DNA of 64,000 bases, taken from NCBI GenBank assembly GCA_951406725.2, contig OX597820.1, positions 105,648,001-105,712,000 of the forward strand, written 5' to 3'. The notes under the pieces were generated by a model, which was not told the DNA's origin, did no database searches, and saw only the letters and a program-made list of their open reading frames with translations. This stretch comes from Octopus vulgaris (taxonomy: Eukaryota). The stretch's first letter is position 1. Each line of letters opens with the position of its first letter. Both the position numbers and the translations under genes were made by a program. Shown here one piece after another: positions 1-14,280 of this stretch.

Positions 1-121
1 TCCTCTTCGAACAGTCAATCACAGATGAACTCAACAACCTACAGAATGGATAACGGAACTACAAATACTTTGTGTACAACAGCAACTCTTTGAAGTCGTA
101 TCTTATATTACATTGTAACAA

Positions 122-354
122 GGCGGCGAGCTGGCAGAATCGTTAGCACACCGGGAGAAATGCGTAGCCGTATTTCGTCTGCCGTTACATTCTGAGTTCA
201 AATTCCACTAAGGTCGACTTTGCCTTTCATCCTTTCGGGGTCGATAAATTAAGTACCAGTTACGCACTTGTGTCGACACAATCGACTTAATCCGTTTGTC
301 TGTCCTTGTTTGTCCCTTCTGTATTTAGCCCCTTGTGGGTAGTAAAGAAATATA
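122..354 (+). mobile_element. tRNA-derived SINE, family A, full length with 15-bp TSD
   Basis: A-box-like GGCGAGCTGGCAGAATCG, B-box GAGTTCAAATTCC, central GCCTTTCATCCTTTCGGGGTCGATAAA domain. TSD ATTACATTGTAACAA at 107-121 and 355-369. Other copies lie at 3751, 8633, 16138, 16750, 30385, 30785, 55503 and 55935. Confidence 0.9.
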
Positions 355-569
355 ATTACATTGTAACAATAAAATAAAGGCATATCTACTAATTAATTTT
401 TCCTGTCATTTATATGGTATATAAAACATTACACACACACACACACGTATGTGTGTGTCTGTCTATGTACAGACAGACAGACAGACAGACAGATAGATAG
501 ATAGATAGAACATATATATTACATACACACACGAACACACATTTTATGTAGGCAAGGGTTTGATATAAC

Positions 570-889
570 AAGTTTATTTCCCAATCATTTGGTTCCAAGT
601 TCAATCCCAATGCGTGCGACTTTGGGCAAGTGCCTTCTACTATGACCCCGAGTTGACCAAATCCTTGTGAGTGGGTTTGATAGAAGGAAGCTTCTCGTCT
701 GTACACCTGTTTCACTCTTTTGATTGCGGCCTTGCTAGGGCACCACCTTGAAAAGTTTTAATCGAACAAAGCGACCCTAGGACTTATTTTTTGAAACCTA
801 GTACTAATTCTATCGCTCTCTATTGCAGAGTCACGAAGTTACGTGAATGTAAACACACCGTCACCGGTTGTCAAGCGGTGGTGGGGGAT

Positions 890-939
<50 letters not shown>

Positions 940-975
940 ACAACACACACACACACACACAACACACACACACAC
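570..975. mobile_element. Family B SINE pieces: 5' half forward, 3' half inverted
   Basis: 590-690 matches the head of the 1393-1882 SINE on +. 705-890 is the reverse complement of its 3' half, followed by (CA)n. Confidence 0.7.
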
Positions 976-1241
976 ACGATAATAGAAAGCAGTTGCCATA
1001 TTCCCTTTCATATTAGCTAACTGATGAGCGTCAAGTTATATAATCGGAAGAGAGAGAGAGAGAAGAAGAAGAGAGATAATACGGGAGAAAGAGAGAGAGA
1101 GAAAGAGAGCGACTGAAAGGGTGTGTTGTCATGTATACGTACATACATCAATATATATGCATACATCTTTTTTGTATGTACATGTGCGCGCGCGCGTCTG
1201 TGTGAGAGAGAGAACGTGTGTGTTCTCATGTACGTGTAGGT

Positions 1242-1294
<53 letters not shown>

Positions 1295-1392
1295 GTCCAT
1301 TTCATATACACGTTCATACATTTTTCACTTTCTTCTCTCACTTTAAAACAAAAGTAAATAAATAAAATTCTTTTACGGAAATTAACTAACAA

Positions 1393-1882
<490 letters not shown>

Positions 1883-2169
1883 TAACAAAACAGCTGATAA
1901 CAGTTCGTTGACACTTTGAGAGTTATAACGAAACAGCCGCTGCTTATCTATCTACCAAATAAACCATGTTTTTCACTCAATAACTCTTTTTTACAACTAA
2001 AATAACCTCGGCAACTACGCGGTCGCACAATTTTGAGGTCATTTTCGGACAATATTTCAATTTGCTTCTAATGTTTCACTTTCGTCCAATATTTCACGCA
2101 TGCGTAGAATTCTACACGGACAAACATTTATGAAAATGTACACAGAAATATTGTATTAAAATAAGTCAT

Positions 2170-2234
2170 ATATAAAAAATGCATTAAAAGATATCCATTT
2201 CTCTATATGTTATGAGGTAATAAAGCCACACACA

Positions 2235-2287
<53 letters not shown>

Positions 2288-2527
2288 GGACAAAAAAGAT
2301 GTATGCATATATATTTTTGGGCGAAGGTAAAGAATGCGTGCACCTGATGTTTAAGGTTAGGGTTACGCTGAAAATGGTTGGTGTACGTATTCTTTACCTC
2401 CGCCTATTTATGTTTGTGTTTATGAAAGATAATGTGTGTGTGTGTGAGAAAGAGAGAGAGAGGAAGTGAGTGACACACATGTAAAAAAATTCATACATCA
2501 CAACACATACCTTCATTCACTCACTCA

Positions 2528-2575
<48 letters not shown>

Positions 2576-2784
2576 CTCTCTCTCTCACACACACACCCAC
2601 ACTCTCTCTCTCTCTCACACACACACGTACATCTTTCACTTTCTCCTCTCTTTCAATTTCTGTTCTCTTCAAAGCATAATGAAATTCAAAGAATTTTTAC
2701 AGAAACTAATAAGCAATCATATGATTGACAACTTTACTTCTTCAAGTGAAAGAAGGCCATAAAATAACTTCCTTTGACACACAC

Positions 2785-2790
<6 letters not shown>
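2170..2790. repeat. Unclassified dispersed repeat built around microsatellites
   Basis: 2185-2225 and 2625-2780 match 28040-28085 and 27550-27730 in inverted orientation. 1080-1330 is also similar. Confidence 0.55.
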
Positions 2791-2877
<87 letters not shown>

Positions 2878-4132
2878 AGGTAAAACTACTGTGCGAATTA
2901 TGTTATTTCTTGCATTTTGTGCGACAACATAGACACCCGCCCCCCCCCCCCAAAAAAAAAACCGGGAAAACGGAGAAAATGTTACGACTACAAATACAAA
3001 CAACAAGAATAACAACAGGTGTGCGACAGGCTTCTTTCAATTTTTGCCTACTAAATCCGCTTGCAAGGCTTTGACCAGGAAGTTATTTTCTGACGGAAAG
3101 GTGTGTAATTTAAAGGAGATTTATCTGGTGTTTCTAGCACATCCCACGACTACCTTCTTCATTTCTTTATCACTCTGACATACATTGACATTTTTCATTA
3201 TTTTTATCCCCGTAAACCCATTTTATGGAATGATGGTGCAGAAGTAACGCATAGGTGGACCATTTCTGTGATTTAAGCAACAACAACAACAACAGCAACA
3301 ACAAAAATGTAATAAATTTTCAAAAACTTTCAAGGATGTAATGAAAAACAACTGGAAAAATCCCTGTCAAAATAGAGAAAATCCAACTTTTGTGGGTGCC
3401 CTGATCCGAAACTCTGTTACGTCTTTTTTTTTCTTTTCTTTGTCAATATTTGAAACTCTTGTTATTCAATATCGAAAACAGCTCACGAAATATTGAAAAA
3501 TAATTAAAAGTCAATCGTAAGTTTAGAGCAGTGATTCTCAACTGGCGCCCCCATATAACATCCTAAACTTTGGCCTGAGATAAAATCGTCACTCAAGGCT
3601 GAAAAAAGATTGATCATTATACCGAAAAAGGATAGAAGAGTAGGGGTCGAAACTGGACGAGGTTCTTCCTGATGATGTCTTTAGCCACTGGATCCTATAA
3701 AGGAGCTGTTGAGGTAGCAGACCACAAAACGTGGTTGGAATTCCCTATTAAGGCGGTGAGCTGGTAGAATCGTTAGTACACCGGCTAAAATGTTTAGCGA
3801 AATTTCGTCCGTTGTTTCGTTGAGTCCAAATTCCGCTGAGGTCGACTTTGTCTTTCATACTTAATTATCGAGGTCGATGTAATCGATTTAATCTCTTCCC
3901 TGAAATTGCCAGCTTTGTGCCAAAATTTGAAATCATTATTGCGCTGCATGTGTTATCTATGCAGTGAAATGCACATTACGAAAGATGTGCTGTTTAAAAA
4001 TAAATATAGCATAGATTATATTTTTTAATATATGCACAGCTGATAACCCCAAAACCAAAAGAGAACCACCCCCACAAACCTTAATTATTTCCGATTTCAA
4101 TTATCTACAACTACAAATATTATTTATGACTA

Positions 4133-4745
4133 CAGTAATCCCTCGCCATATCGCGGCTCACCTATCGCAGTTTATTATTTAAGCTTACGTGGATTCCTCC
4201 GTGGTGTTGTTGTGCATTCTAATAAAATCTTTATATATAAAAGAGAGGTTGTGGGCTGTCTGTCTCCTACGATTTAGATTCCTAACTACTCCCACATTTT
4301 GCGGTGCAGTTTAACCAAAACCGGGTATCTTATAGTCGTGATTCATATCGAGCCCTTCTAGGTATTAAGCGCGCGTCTACGATGAGTCTTCGATTTAAAA
4401 AAAAAATTACCATCAATTTTTCCCATTTTTAATGCATTTTTGGCATATCTAAGGGAAGTAACTCTCTAAAAATTTATTATTAAATCTCAGAACTTAAAAA
4501 GCTACAGTAACCCCCCCTTTGTGGTTAGCCATATTGAGATGGCTATTATACTTTACATCTCTAAAAATGCTTATATAGTTATTTCCCTTACAAACCCGAG
4601 CAACGCCGGGCGATACTGCTAGTAAATATATACAAATTATAAAAATTATAAAGAAAATACAGTACAGTGCCGTTTCTAGTTCGCGGATTTTCATCTAACG
4701 GGGATTTTATGGAACGTAACACTCGCGATTGTCGAGGGATTACTT
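4133..4745. mobile_element. Tigger/pogo-like MITE interrupted by a Helitron
   Basis: TA|CAGTAATCCCTCG...CGAGGGATTACT terminal inverted repeats. Confidence 0.7.
4228..4622 (+). mobile_element. Non-autonomous Helitron
   Basis: A|TC 5' end, subterminal hairpin CCCGAGCAACGCCGGG, CTAG|T 3' end, no TSD. Same 3' end as 14776-15143. Confidence 0.85.
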
Positions 4746-4892
4746 ACAGTATGTAGATGATAAATTTCGAATTACAAAAATAATTCGTTATATTTTTATA
4801 ATTTCGGTGTTATATAATGTAAAACATTGGAACGATAGTGGAACATTTTGGATCTTGTTAAAATTCTTCCAAGCACTTAAAATATTTCCAAA

Positions 4893-4913
4893 TACATACA
4901 TATATACATACAT

Positions 4914-4972
<59 letters not shown>

Positions 4973-5372
4973 TACATACATACATACATACATACATACA
5001 CACATACATGAATGCATACATACATACATACATGTATACATACATACATACATACATACACACATGCATACATGCATGAATACATACATACACATACATA
5101 CATACATACATACATACATTAACACATACATAAATATATACATGCACACACACACACACACATACATACATACATACATACATACATACATACATACATA
5201 CATACACACATACACATACATACATACATACATACATACACATACATACATACATACATACATACATACATACATACATACATACATACACACACATACA
5301 TACATGCATACATACATACATACATACATACATACATACATACATACATACATACATACATACATACATACA
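4893..5372. repeat. Long (TACA)n/(CA)n microsatellite
   Basis: Direct reading. It is the source of the MYVC/HTYI ORFs. Confidence 0.95.
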
Positions 5373-7456
5373 TTATGGCTGCCCCTCGTTATCGAGTATG
5401 GCCATTGCACGAATCTTAACTGTTATTGGTGCTGTGATCGAATGTGACTTTTTAGCCCAGCTAAAGATCTACAATGTCTTGTACAAAATTGGCAACTAAA
5501 ACCTTTACTGGTAATAGCCGACTGTAGTTGTAACTGGGCTTCATGTACCTTTGCATGTCGTTTAAGTCCTCCTGCCGAATTGCACTCACTTCCACATGCC
5601 CCACAGATATGATTAGTACACAGATATGATTACATGCCCCACAGATATGATTACACCACCACCAGTGGCCAGGTTGTCACTCATCTGTCTCATTTTATGA
5701 CTACAAAGATGACTCTTGAGTCCAGCTTTACTGAGGCAGGGTCTTGCACAGACATTGCATGTCAGCATCAAAGGAAGACCCTTCCCTTCTGGAAGTGTAA
5801 CAGTGATGCCCTTCCTGACATCCCTCCTTACTTTCTCATGTGCAACTCGAGATTTCTCAAAATTGGCTGTCCCCTCATGCACAATCCTTCTCCACCTGCT
5901 ACGATCAATAGCTATACCTTCCCATGTCTCAGGAGAGATGCAAGCATCTCTTAAGGAAGCCTTCAGCAAGTCCTTATACCTCTCTTTTGGTTTATGTGGA
6001 GGTCATTCTCCTTTAGCTAACTCTCCATAAAAGAGTTGTTTTGGCATCCTTGAATCCTTCATTCTGACCAGATGACCACTTCATCTGAGCCTTTGCTTTA
6101 ACACAAGAGCTTCTATACTTCCACACCGAGAGCCTTCCAATATTTCAAGATCACTGATGCGGTCCTTTCACTTAATGCCATAGATCCGTCTGAGGCACAT
6201 CTGATGGAAACGTTCCAGTTGTTTAAGGTGGTATAGATATGTAACCCACGTCTTGCAGGCATAGAGAAGAGAAGGGAGCACACCTGCCTTGTACACCTTT
6301 ATCTTTGTCTTTCTGCATATGTCTCGCCGACTCCAGAGGCGCTTTTCTAGCCTTCCGAAAGCAACACTTGCTTTCCTAATTCTATATAGAATTTCATCAT
6401 CCAAATTGCCATATCTATTAATAGTGCTTCCCAGGTAGACAAACTGATCAATTACATCAAGTCGTTTACCATACACATAGATATTTGGTTACCAGGAGTA
6501 GGTTGATGCATGACAACAGTTTTCTTGAGATTGACTGTCAATCCTAAGGCAGTGCAAGCATCAGAGAATGCATTCAAAATGTGTTGCATATCGATCTCTG
6601 TGTGTGCTACTAGCTCACAATCATCTGCATACAAAAGGTCTCTTATGATAGAGGTAAATACCTTTGTTTTTGCAGCAAGGTGCCTGATATTAAATATGCT
6701 GCCAAGGTTCGATAATGGCTGTAAACACCGCATCTGCAGAGTCTGAATGCAATACAGAACACCATCGCAAAATATATGGAAAATAGGGTCGGTGCCAGAA
6801 TATCCCCCTGTTTCACTCCATTTTGTATTGAAATGGGCTCCGACATTTTCCCTCTAACATTCACCCTACCATTCATGTCTTCATGAAAAGACCTAACCAA
6901 AGCAAGGAACTTTTCAGGACACCCAAGTTTCTGGAGGACTTTCCACAATGCTTTTCTATTGACGGTATCAAAGGATTTTGTCAGATCGACAAAAACCTGA
7001 TACAAATCTAGCCCCTGTTCCACACACTTTTCCTGAAGCTGTCTAGCTGAAAAGATCATATCAGCAGTGCCACGTCCCACACGAAAGCCAGATTGACTTT
7101 CTGGAAGAACACAATCTGCAACGTATTTCAGCAGACGATCCAGAAGTACCCTGCATAAAACCTTTCCTATGTCAGACAGCAATGATACTCCTCTATAATT
7201 ACCACAATCATTCCTGTTGTCCTTTCCCTTATATAAGACCACTATTACTGCATCTCTCCAGTCCTCAGGTACAGATTCACTAGTCCATATCTTACCAAAC
7301 AAAGAGTGAAGATTCTGCAGAAGTTTCTCACCACCATGCTGTAACAACTCCGCATGTATGCCATCCATACTCGGAGACTTCCCATTATTCAACCTTGAGA
7401 CAGCCATTGCAACTTCTTCCAACTTTGGTGGTTCTGCGAGTGCTGCCTTCACAGGC
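5373..7456 (-). mobile_element. 5'-truncated, decayed RTE-clade LINE (RT plus C-terminal C2H2-like finger)
   Basis: ORF pieces NYRGVSLL, QSGFR, FVDLTKSFDTV, GVKQGD, LLYADD, FVYLGS and CNVCARPCLSKAGLKSH, with frameshifts. Flanked by (TACA)n on both sides. Confidence 0.93.
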
Positions 7457-8040
7457 ATACATACATACATACATACATACATACATACATACATACATAC
7501 ATACATACATCTACACTAAAGACAATATTACCGTCCAGTGAAGCGAACACGGAATTACAGATCGGAGGAATTTACAGAGTGAATGACAACTATTAGAAGC
7601 CATAGACGTTAAATACTAATCGATGCGGTTAGCCATAAACCTAGAACATACCTGGGAGTTACTATGGTATCCGCCCGGATGATATATCCCTCCAAACACA
7701 CACACACACACACACACAATGACATGTAATCGTAAGATCCAAGGGTCTAGGTGTAGGAAGTCAGTAAGCTTCGAGCAGTGTCCGTCGTAGGTACAGAAAA
7801 AACAGAATCAATAATACTTTAATTGGCGTAAAAGGTTGTAAGTTTTTCCCATATCGAAATTCGATCAGCTGAAAAAAGCTTCTTTTTTTTTATAGTGCAC
7901 GGCCAGAAAGGAGCAGGTAAAATCCAGGCTACATATGTTTCTTAGCTAGCAGATACTCGGAAGTTATAATTACTGAACGAGGGGTACTCCACTAGCTCCT
8001 GGTCAGCCCGAAGATACTTTAGTTAAATGAAAGTGACATA

Positions 8041-8224
8041 GGCGTAGGAGTGGGTGTGTGGTAAGTAGCTTGCTTACCAACCACATGGTTCCGGGTTCAG
8101 TCCTACTGCGTGGCACCTTGGACAAGTGTCTTCTACTTGGGCCGACCAAAGCCTTGTGAGTAGATTTGGTAGACCGAAACTGAAACGAAGCCCGTCGTAT
8201 ATATGTATACGTATGTATGTATAA

Positions 8225-8283
<59 letters not shown>

Positions 8284-8308
8284 TGTGTGTATAGGGAGAG
8301 TTTATATA

Positions 8309-8352
<44 letters not shown>

Positions 8353-8374
8353 GTGTATAGGGAGAGTTTATATA

Positions 8375-8438
<64 letters not shown>

Positions 8439-8550
8439 AGTACGTGTTTGTCCATAAGTCCTGGGGTCGATTTGCTCGACTAAAGGCGGTGCTCCAGCAT
8501 GGCCGCAGTCAGATGACTGAAACAAGTAAAAGAGTAAAGATTAAAAGAAT
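8041..8550 (+). mobile_element. Family B SINE with (TA)n expansion and internal deletion
   Basis: Same head and tail as 1393-1882. A duplicated ATAGGGAGAGTTTATATATGTAC unit sits inside the TA block. Confidence 0.85.
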
Positions 8551-8632
8551 AATCTAGGGAAAAATTTGAAATATTTCGAATGCTTGGAAGAAATTTAACA
8601 AGATCCTTAGAATTTATAAATATATATATATC

Positions 8633-8757
8633 GTTATTGCCCACAGGGGACTAAACATAGAGGGGACAAACAAGGACAGACAAAGGGATTAAGTCGATTA
8701 CATCGACCCCAGTGCGTGAATGGTACTTATTTAATCGACCCCGAAAGGATGAAAGGC
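8633..8757 (-). mobile_element. Family A SINE, 3' part
   Basis: Reverse complement of the 3' half of 122-354, abutting a family B SINE head. Confidence 0.8.
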
Positions 8758-9145
8758 AGCGCAGGAGTGACTGTGTGATAAGCAGTTTGCTTACCAACCA
8801 CATGGTTCCGGGTTCAGTCCCACTGTGTGGCACCTTGGGCAAGTGTCTTCTACTATAGCCTCGGGCCGACCAAAGCCTTGTGAGTGGATTTGGTAGGCAG
8901 AAACTGAAAGAAGCCCATCGTATATATCTATATGTTTGTGTGTCTGTGTTTTTCCCCCGCCACAGTCGCTTGACAAATGATATTGGTGTGTTTACGTCCC
9001 CGTAACTTAGCGGTTCAGCAAAAGACACCGATAGAATAAGTACTAGGCTTACAAATAATAAGTCCTGGAGTCGATTTGTTTAACTAAAAGGCGGTTCTTC
9101 AGCATGGTTGCAATCACATGACTGAAACAAAAAAGAGTAAAAGAA
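8758..9145 (+). mobile_element. Family B SINE
   Basis: Homologous to 1393-1882, with a short internal microsatellite. Confidence 0.88.
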
Positions 9146-9199
9146 TCTGTAAGAGGAACTAATCAGGGAAAGAGAAAGGAAATAAGGGTCATAGCGTTA

Positions 9200-10596
9200 G
9201 AGTGGACAACAAAGATTTTGCTACTCGGCCAAAAGCAGGTGCTTTATGCTAAATCGAAGATGCTGATTCCGAATCCGCACTCAGAATTGTTCTAGCACGT
9301 CAGGATTTTGAGTTATGCGCATGGGCAAGATTATAACTATTCTTTTGGCTAGATATAGGCCGTATTATAAAATTTTCTGAAATGAAAGCGGTCTTAGTTC
9401 AAAATTAAAGAAATAAAGCAATAAAACAAACAATGAGAAAGTTCATTATTTAGTTTAGCAACAGATGGCGCTGACGTATTGTGTGCAGTGTCAAACACGT
9501 CAGTTTGTCCTTGGCAACTCTCAGTGTCGTTTGCGCTGCCGTCACGTGTGGTATGTGTATCTCTCGCTCGGCGTGATTACTATTTTAATTGCGTTCATTG
9601 TGTTAGATCATGAATAGGAGAGGCTGTGTGAATCACCCAGACAACTTTTGTTATGTCCGTGGAAGATTTGCTCCGCGTGACCAGTGGAGGAGCATTACCT
9701 ATAAATATTATTTTGGGTATAAAGTTAGGGACCAAGACAAGAGGTGAGCACCTCATATATGCTGCACCGTGTGTTACTCAGGGCTTACACAGTAGCTGAC
9801 TGGAAAACAGAAGGGAACGCCTTTTGCTCTACCAATGGTACGGCATGTGCCAACCAATCATGTCTCTGATTGTTACTTTTGCATCACTAATATTAGTAGT
9901 TTCTCAAAGAAGACCAAAGCAAAAATTGTGCATGCAGATTGTAAGTCGGCTCTGAAACCGGTCTCACATGACTTCGAGAACCCTGTTCCAGTTCCCCTCT
10001 CACATGCTTCACTTGAAAATCTTGACACGTCGCACGATGAACCCCTTGACTTTTGTATCAACGAAGAGTACGTAGGTGGTTCTAAGAAAAATGAGCCAGG
10101 CTAGTTTAATCAAGATTTGAACGATTTAGTAAGAGACCTAGCATTGTCAAAGGGGAGGGCTGAAGTTTTGGGATCTAAACTACGACAACGGAATCTCCTA
10201 GAACAAGGTACGAAAATTTTCATTTTCCATACTCGCCATGATGGCGTATCTGTCTTCTTCAAGCAAGAAAATAATACCTGTTTCTGAACTGACGTTAATG
10301 CACTCATGCAAAAACTAGGACACGTGCATGTGGCTAACGAATGGAGATTGTTTATAATACTATTTGCCTTGAATATAAATTTACTATAACCAGTATTAAT
10401 ACACTACTATAATAATTATTTACCTTGAACTTCCTGATTCTAATATAGTATCAATATATAATAATGCGCATAACTCAAAATGCTGACGTGCTACAGTAAT
10501 TCTGAGTTCAGATTAGGAATTAGTGTACTCGATTTAGTTTAGTATAGCACCATTTGTCTGGGTAGCTGACAATAAACCTTTTTGTGTTGCCCAGTG
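9200..10596 (+). mobile_element. Internally deleted Chapaev3-like (CMC) DNA transposon
   Basis: ~100-bp degenerate TIRs (9238-9322 vs 10463-10551). 3' end CCCAGTG|TAA. Transposase N-terminal remnants CVNHPDNFCY, DQDK, HICC, NHVSDCYFC and WRLF. Confidence 0.75.
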
Positions 10597-11305
10597 TAAT
10601 GGGGAATGTACACGGAAGGGTATGTAGCTTTGTTTGGTAAGTTGTGTGAAGGAAATCAAGGTGTGACTTTATGAAATAAGGACATGACAATTTTATCCAA
10701 TGACATCAGAGATTTATTTACTCTACAAGCGTTAGGTATTTCCTTCAAATATCATTAGTGCTTACTTTTTATACCTACGACGCACCTAGGACCAACCCAA
10801 GAGAAATAGACATTACGTTAATTGTCGACCTTTTGTTGATGTTGTTTAGTTCTGCATCGAGCAGATCTATGTTCAAAAGGCAATCCAGCATGTGGCTGTA
10901 GATATTGTTCGAACATCCTGTTATGCAATAAATGTGTACCATCGACCCATATTGTTTTCTTCTGGATATGTAAACAACCATGGACTATACTTTTTTCAAT
11001 TTGCACTGCAGCTTCACAAGTTTTCATTTTGGAGAGCTGTATACCTTCTCAGCAGGAAAGACTCAGTTTTTAATGGCGTCAGTCATATTGATTGTCCATT
11101 TGTTCGTTGCACAGCTAAAGAATACTTCTCTAGATATTTTCTGATTACTAATATTACTACTATTGACATAATGATTTTCTCTTCAAGGTAATGGCGTCAA
11201 TGTAACAAGAAAAACCGGTTGATATTAATTTCAGTCTTTCATTGCCCTAGTGACTACTTCGCTACCAGCCATTCTACTATTACTGCTACCGCTGTTGTCA
11301 CTGCA

Positions 11306-11377
<72 letters not shown>

Positions 11378-11629
11378 GCCGCCGCTTTACATATCACTTT
11401 GGGTCGTGGATTTAGTTCTTCTTGTGTTGGTAACGAATGAGTGGGTTCTTTGCGGGCCTTTAGTATCTTGTAAACCATTCCAAATTGCTGCATTGAGCAA
11501 CTGATATTAGGTTTTGATTTTCTTCTTCTTCTTTTGCATCTGTTTGCTTTGGTCTCTCTTATTCTCGTACACGTCGCTTGACAAAGTGTTGAATGGAGAG
11601 AATTTGAAAGTGGAAGAGGTTTTAGATGT

Positions 11630-14280
11630 GCTGTGGCCTAGCATGGCAGAACCATCTAAAAAACGACTCCATTCAGAAGGCTAGAAATGTCCAAGAGGTG
11701 CTCGAACGTGTCGATGCACCTTGGAACGTTGACACTGTAGACAGGTGCGTGACCAAACAGTAATAATCCGACGCATATTCGGCCAGAAAAATCGAGCCGA
11801 AATAAGCTTTACTGTGGCCGCAATGCCTGGGTGTGACAGCGAATGCAGAGCGTCAAAAACAGGATGGCGGTGATGCTCAGGGACGGAGTGTCGGGGTGAC
11901 TCGGTAGAATCATCGCAGAGTATGGTTCCTTTGGAACACGGAAGAAGCAGGTGCTCCAGTTTGTAGCAGGAAAACTGTGGTGATGTGACGTCGAGTCCAA
12001 GAAAGGTTGGTCAGTAGCCATGGCGACCAAATTTATCAAGGCAGGAGATGACAGGAAGGCGAGACACGGCGTCTACGGGTATGTTGTCGATGGAAGTGCT
12101 GGTCCGGAGTACTACTGGCGATTAAGAGGTCATCGACATATGCAAAGTCAAAGTCCAACCACGAACAACCTCATCAATGAACTTCTGGAACGTGCTGACC
12201 GCATTTCGAAGACCAAAAGGCATAGACACGAACTCAAATGTTCCAAAGCGGGTAGTAACGGCTGTCTTTGGAATGTCTTTGGGGATGACAAGAATCTGAT
12301 GGTACGTGTGTACCAGGTCGATTAAAAAAAAAACTTTACAGCCATGCAGGGCAGAAGAAAAACTGGGTAGCGGTTAACGGTCTGGAATAGTGACAGTATT
12401 AAGGCGTCTAAAATCTCCCACTGGACGAAAGTCAGCTCCTTCCTGGCCATGTGTAAAGGTGCTGTCCATGGGCTCGCGGAGAGACGAATAAGACCCAGCT
12501 GGAGCATGTGCTCGACTTCAGCCCGGGCGGTCCGGAGTTTTTCAGGAGATAAACGATGAGGCCTAGAAAACACTGGAGGTCCTTTGGTCATTGTAAAATG
12601 TTTTGTAGAGTGCACTGGATCCGGTGGATGGAAGTTCAAGTTGGTCAACTCTGGAAACGAAGTGAGTAATTGGAGGTAAGTGTTCCCAGAAGCAGCCACA
12701 AGGAAAGAGGGGCTCACTGTAGGAACAGCAGAATTCTTCCCGGAGACAGAGAGGGAGGTGGTACCATCAAGAAGTCAGCGCCCTACTAAAAGAGAATAAT
12801 GGTGCAGGAAGTCGGCTCCTAGGATCGGATGACGAAGGTCGGCAATGGTAAAAATCCACTTAAAGTGCCAAGTAAGGATACGTCCAATGATAAAGATATC
12901 TAACGATAGGTCTTGATGGGAGACTGATTCACCGCATATAAAGAAATGCTGGAAGGATTCGGTTTAGGTGAGATGAACCTTAAGGGCCAAACACTGCAAC
13001 TCGATCCTGTGTCCACCATAAACGACTTGTTTGAAACGAGATCTCTGATGAAAAATGCACAAGGCTAAATGTGGGAGAGATCTGATGTACCCAGACTCTC
13101 CAGATTTACTTTACCGATGCCCCGAATGAACAGGGCTTAACACACCGACGTGCGTTCTCCTTGAACCTTGAGAGGTACCAACACACAGTAGATGAGGTGG
13201 CGACGGGGCTGGAACGACGACGAGATCAACTTTGTGAGCGATGCCGAAATGTCGCACATGCTCGACACAGGTTGGCGACTTGGCGGTTAAGCGTTCAATA
13301 GCTTTTAATGTAGCATCTTCGCCTGTTGAATTAGGCTGTGTTGTCAGAGACGAAGAAGCAGCAATGACTTTATCAGCCGTGGTGGGGCAATGGGAAAATT
13401 CCACAATGTTGTTCGCTGAGGCGGCAATTTGGTCGATTGTACTTGTGTGGACCATATTAGCCAGCATATTCTGTACATTGTTTGGCAGACAGGAGAAAAA
13501 CAACTTCTTGACGAAATAGTTGTCCCCGGGAGCGTCATCGCTGATTTCACAGATGCGCCTTAAAAACTCAGAAGGTGTCCTGTCCCCAAGATATTCGTCC
13601 TGCAGTAGGGTGCGCAACTGACTCTCTGAAGACTTGGAGTTCTATCTCAGAACTTCTGATTTTAAAGAATCATAAGAGGTACTTTGTGGAGGGTCAGTAA
13701 TGGGATCCTTTACAATAGCAGCTAGAGAAACAGGAATACCAGTAATTAAGATGTGCATTTGTTGTTGTGAAGTTGTACGCCCTTTGCAACAAAATACGAA
13801 TCGAGTTGGACAAACCATAGCTTAGCATTGCCTGTATATTATGGAAAAGGTGTAGCACTCATCGTAAGGATACTTTTGTGACGGTGATGCGCAGCAGAAA
13901 TTCACAGAAGATCAGACGTTCAGAAAAGATGGGTGAGTAGGAAGATAGACTCACACACGCAACCTTATGTAAGAAGAAGAAGAAAGGCGAATGAAAAGAA
14001 AAGCAAGCGTAGTGCCGTTAGACTTGAATTCGAAGCGTAATAAAATTATTCCGAAGGCAGTTGAGAACGAGGAGGTCTTGGCAATAAAAAGTGAAAATTA
14101 CCTTTGAAGATGAAAAAAGCTAAACACCACGTGGTCCGAAGAAAGAACAGATTTGTAATGTACCGGGTGTCGAATTCACAAATTCCGGACAATTTTTTTT
14201 TACATGTGCGTTTGTGGAGTCAGCAATCTTAGAGTGGCAGAAGCATCTAAATAACTCCATTCAGAAAGCTGGAAAAGAAG
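11630..14280 (-). mobile_element. Decayed Gypsy LTR retrotransposon (gag, protease, RT, integrase Zn finger; RNase H region deleted)
   Basis: gag LWFVQLDSYF and LGDRTPSEFLRR; protease FMVDTGSS (~13000-13025); RT SASPW and AYVDDLLI (~12120-12143); integrase LHSLSHPG...CLQCQ. Direct ~45-bp similar segments at 11644-11688 and 14234-14276 may be LTR remnants. Confidence 0.88.

Noticed and set aside
3645-3685. GAAA...CTGATGA arrangement resembling a permuted hammerhead
   Set aside because: No stem II or stem III pairing can be built around the core.
10740-11590. Unique-looking sequence with short ORFs and a (TAC)n run
   Set aside because: All frames are interrupted, with no recognisable motif or convincing splice pair. 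It remains unexplained.
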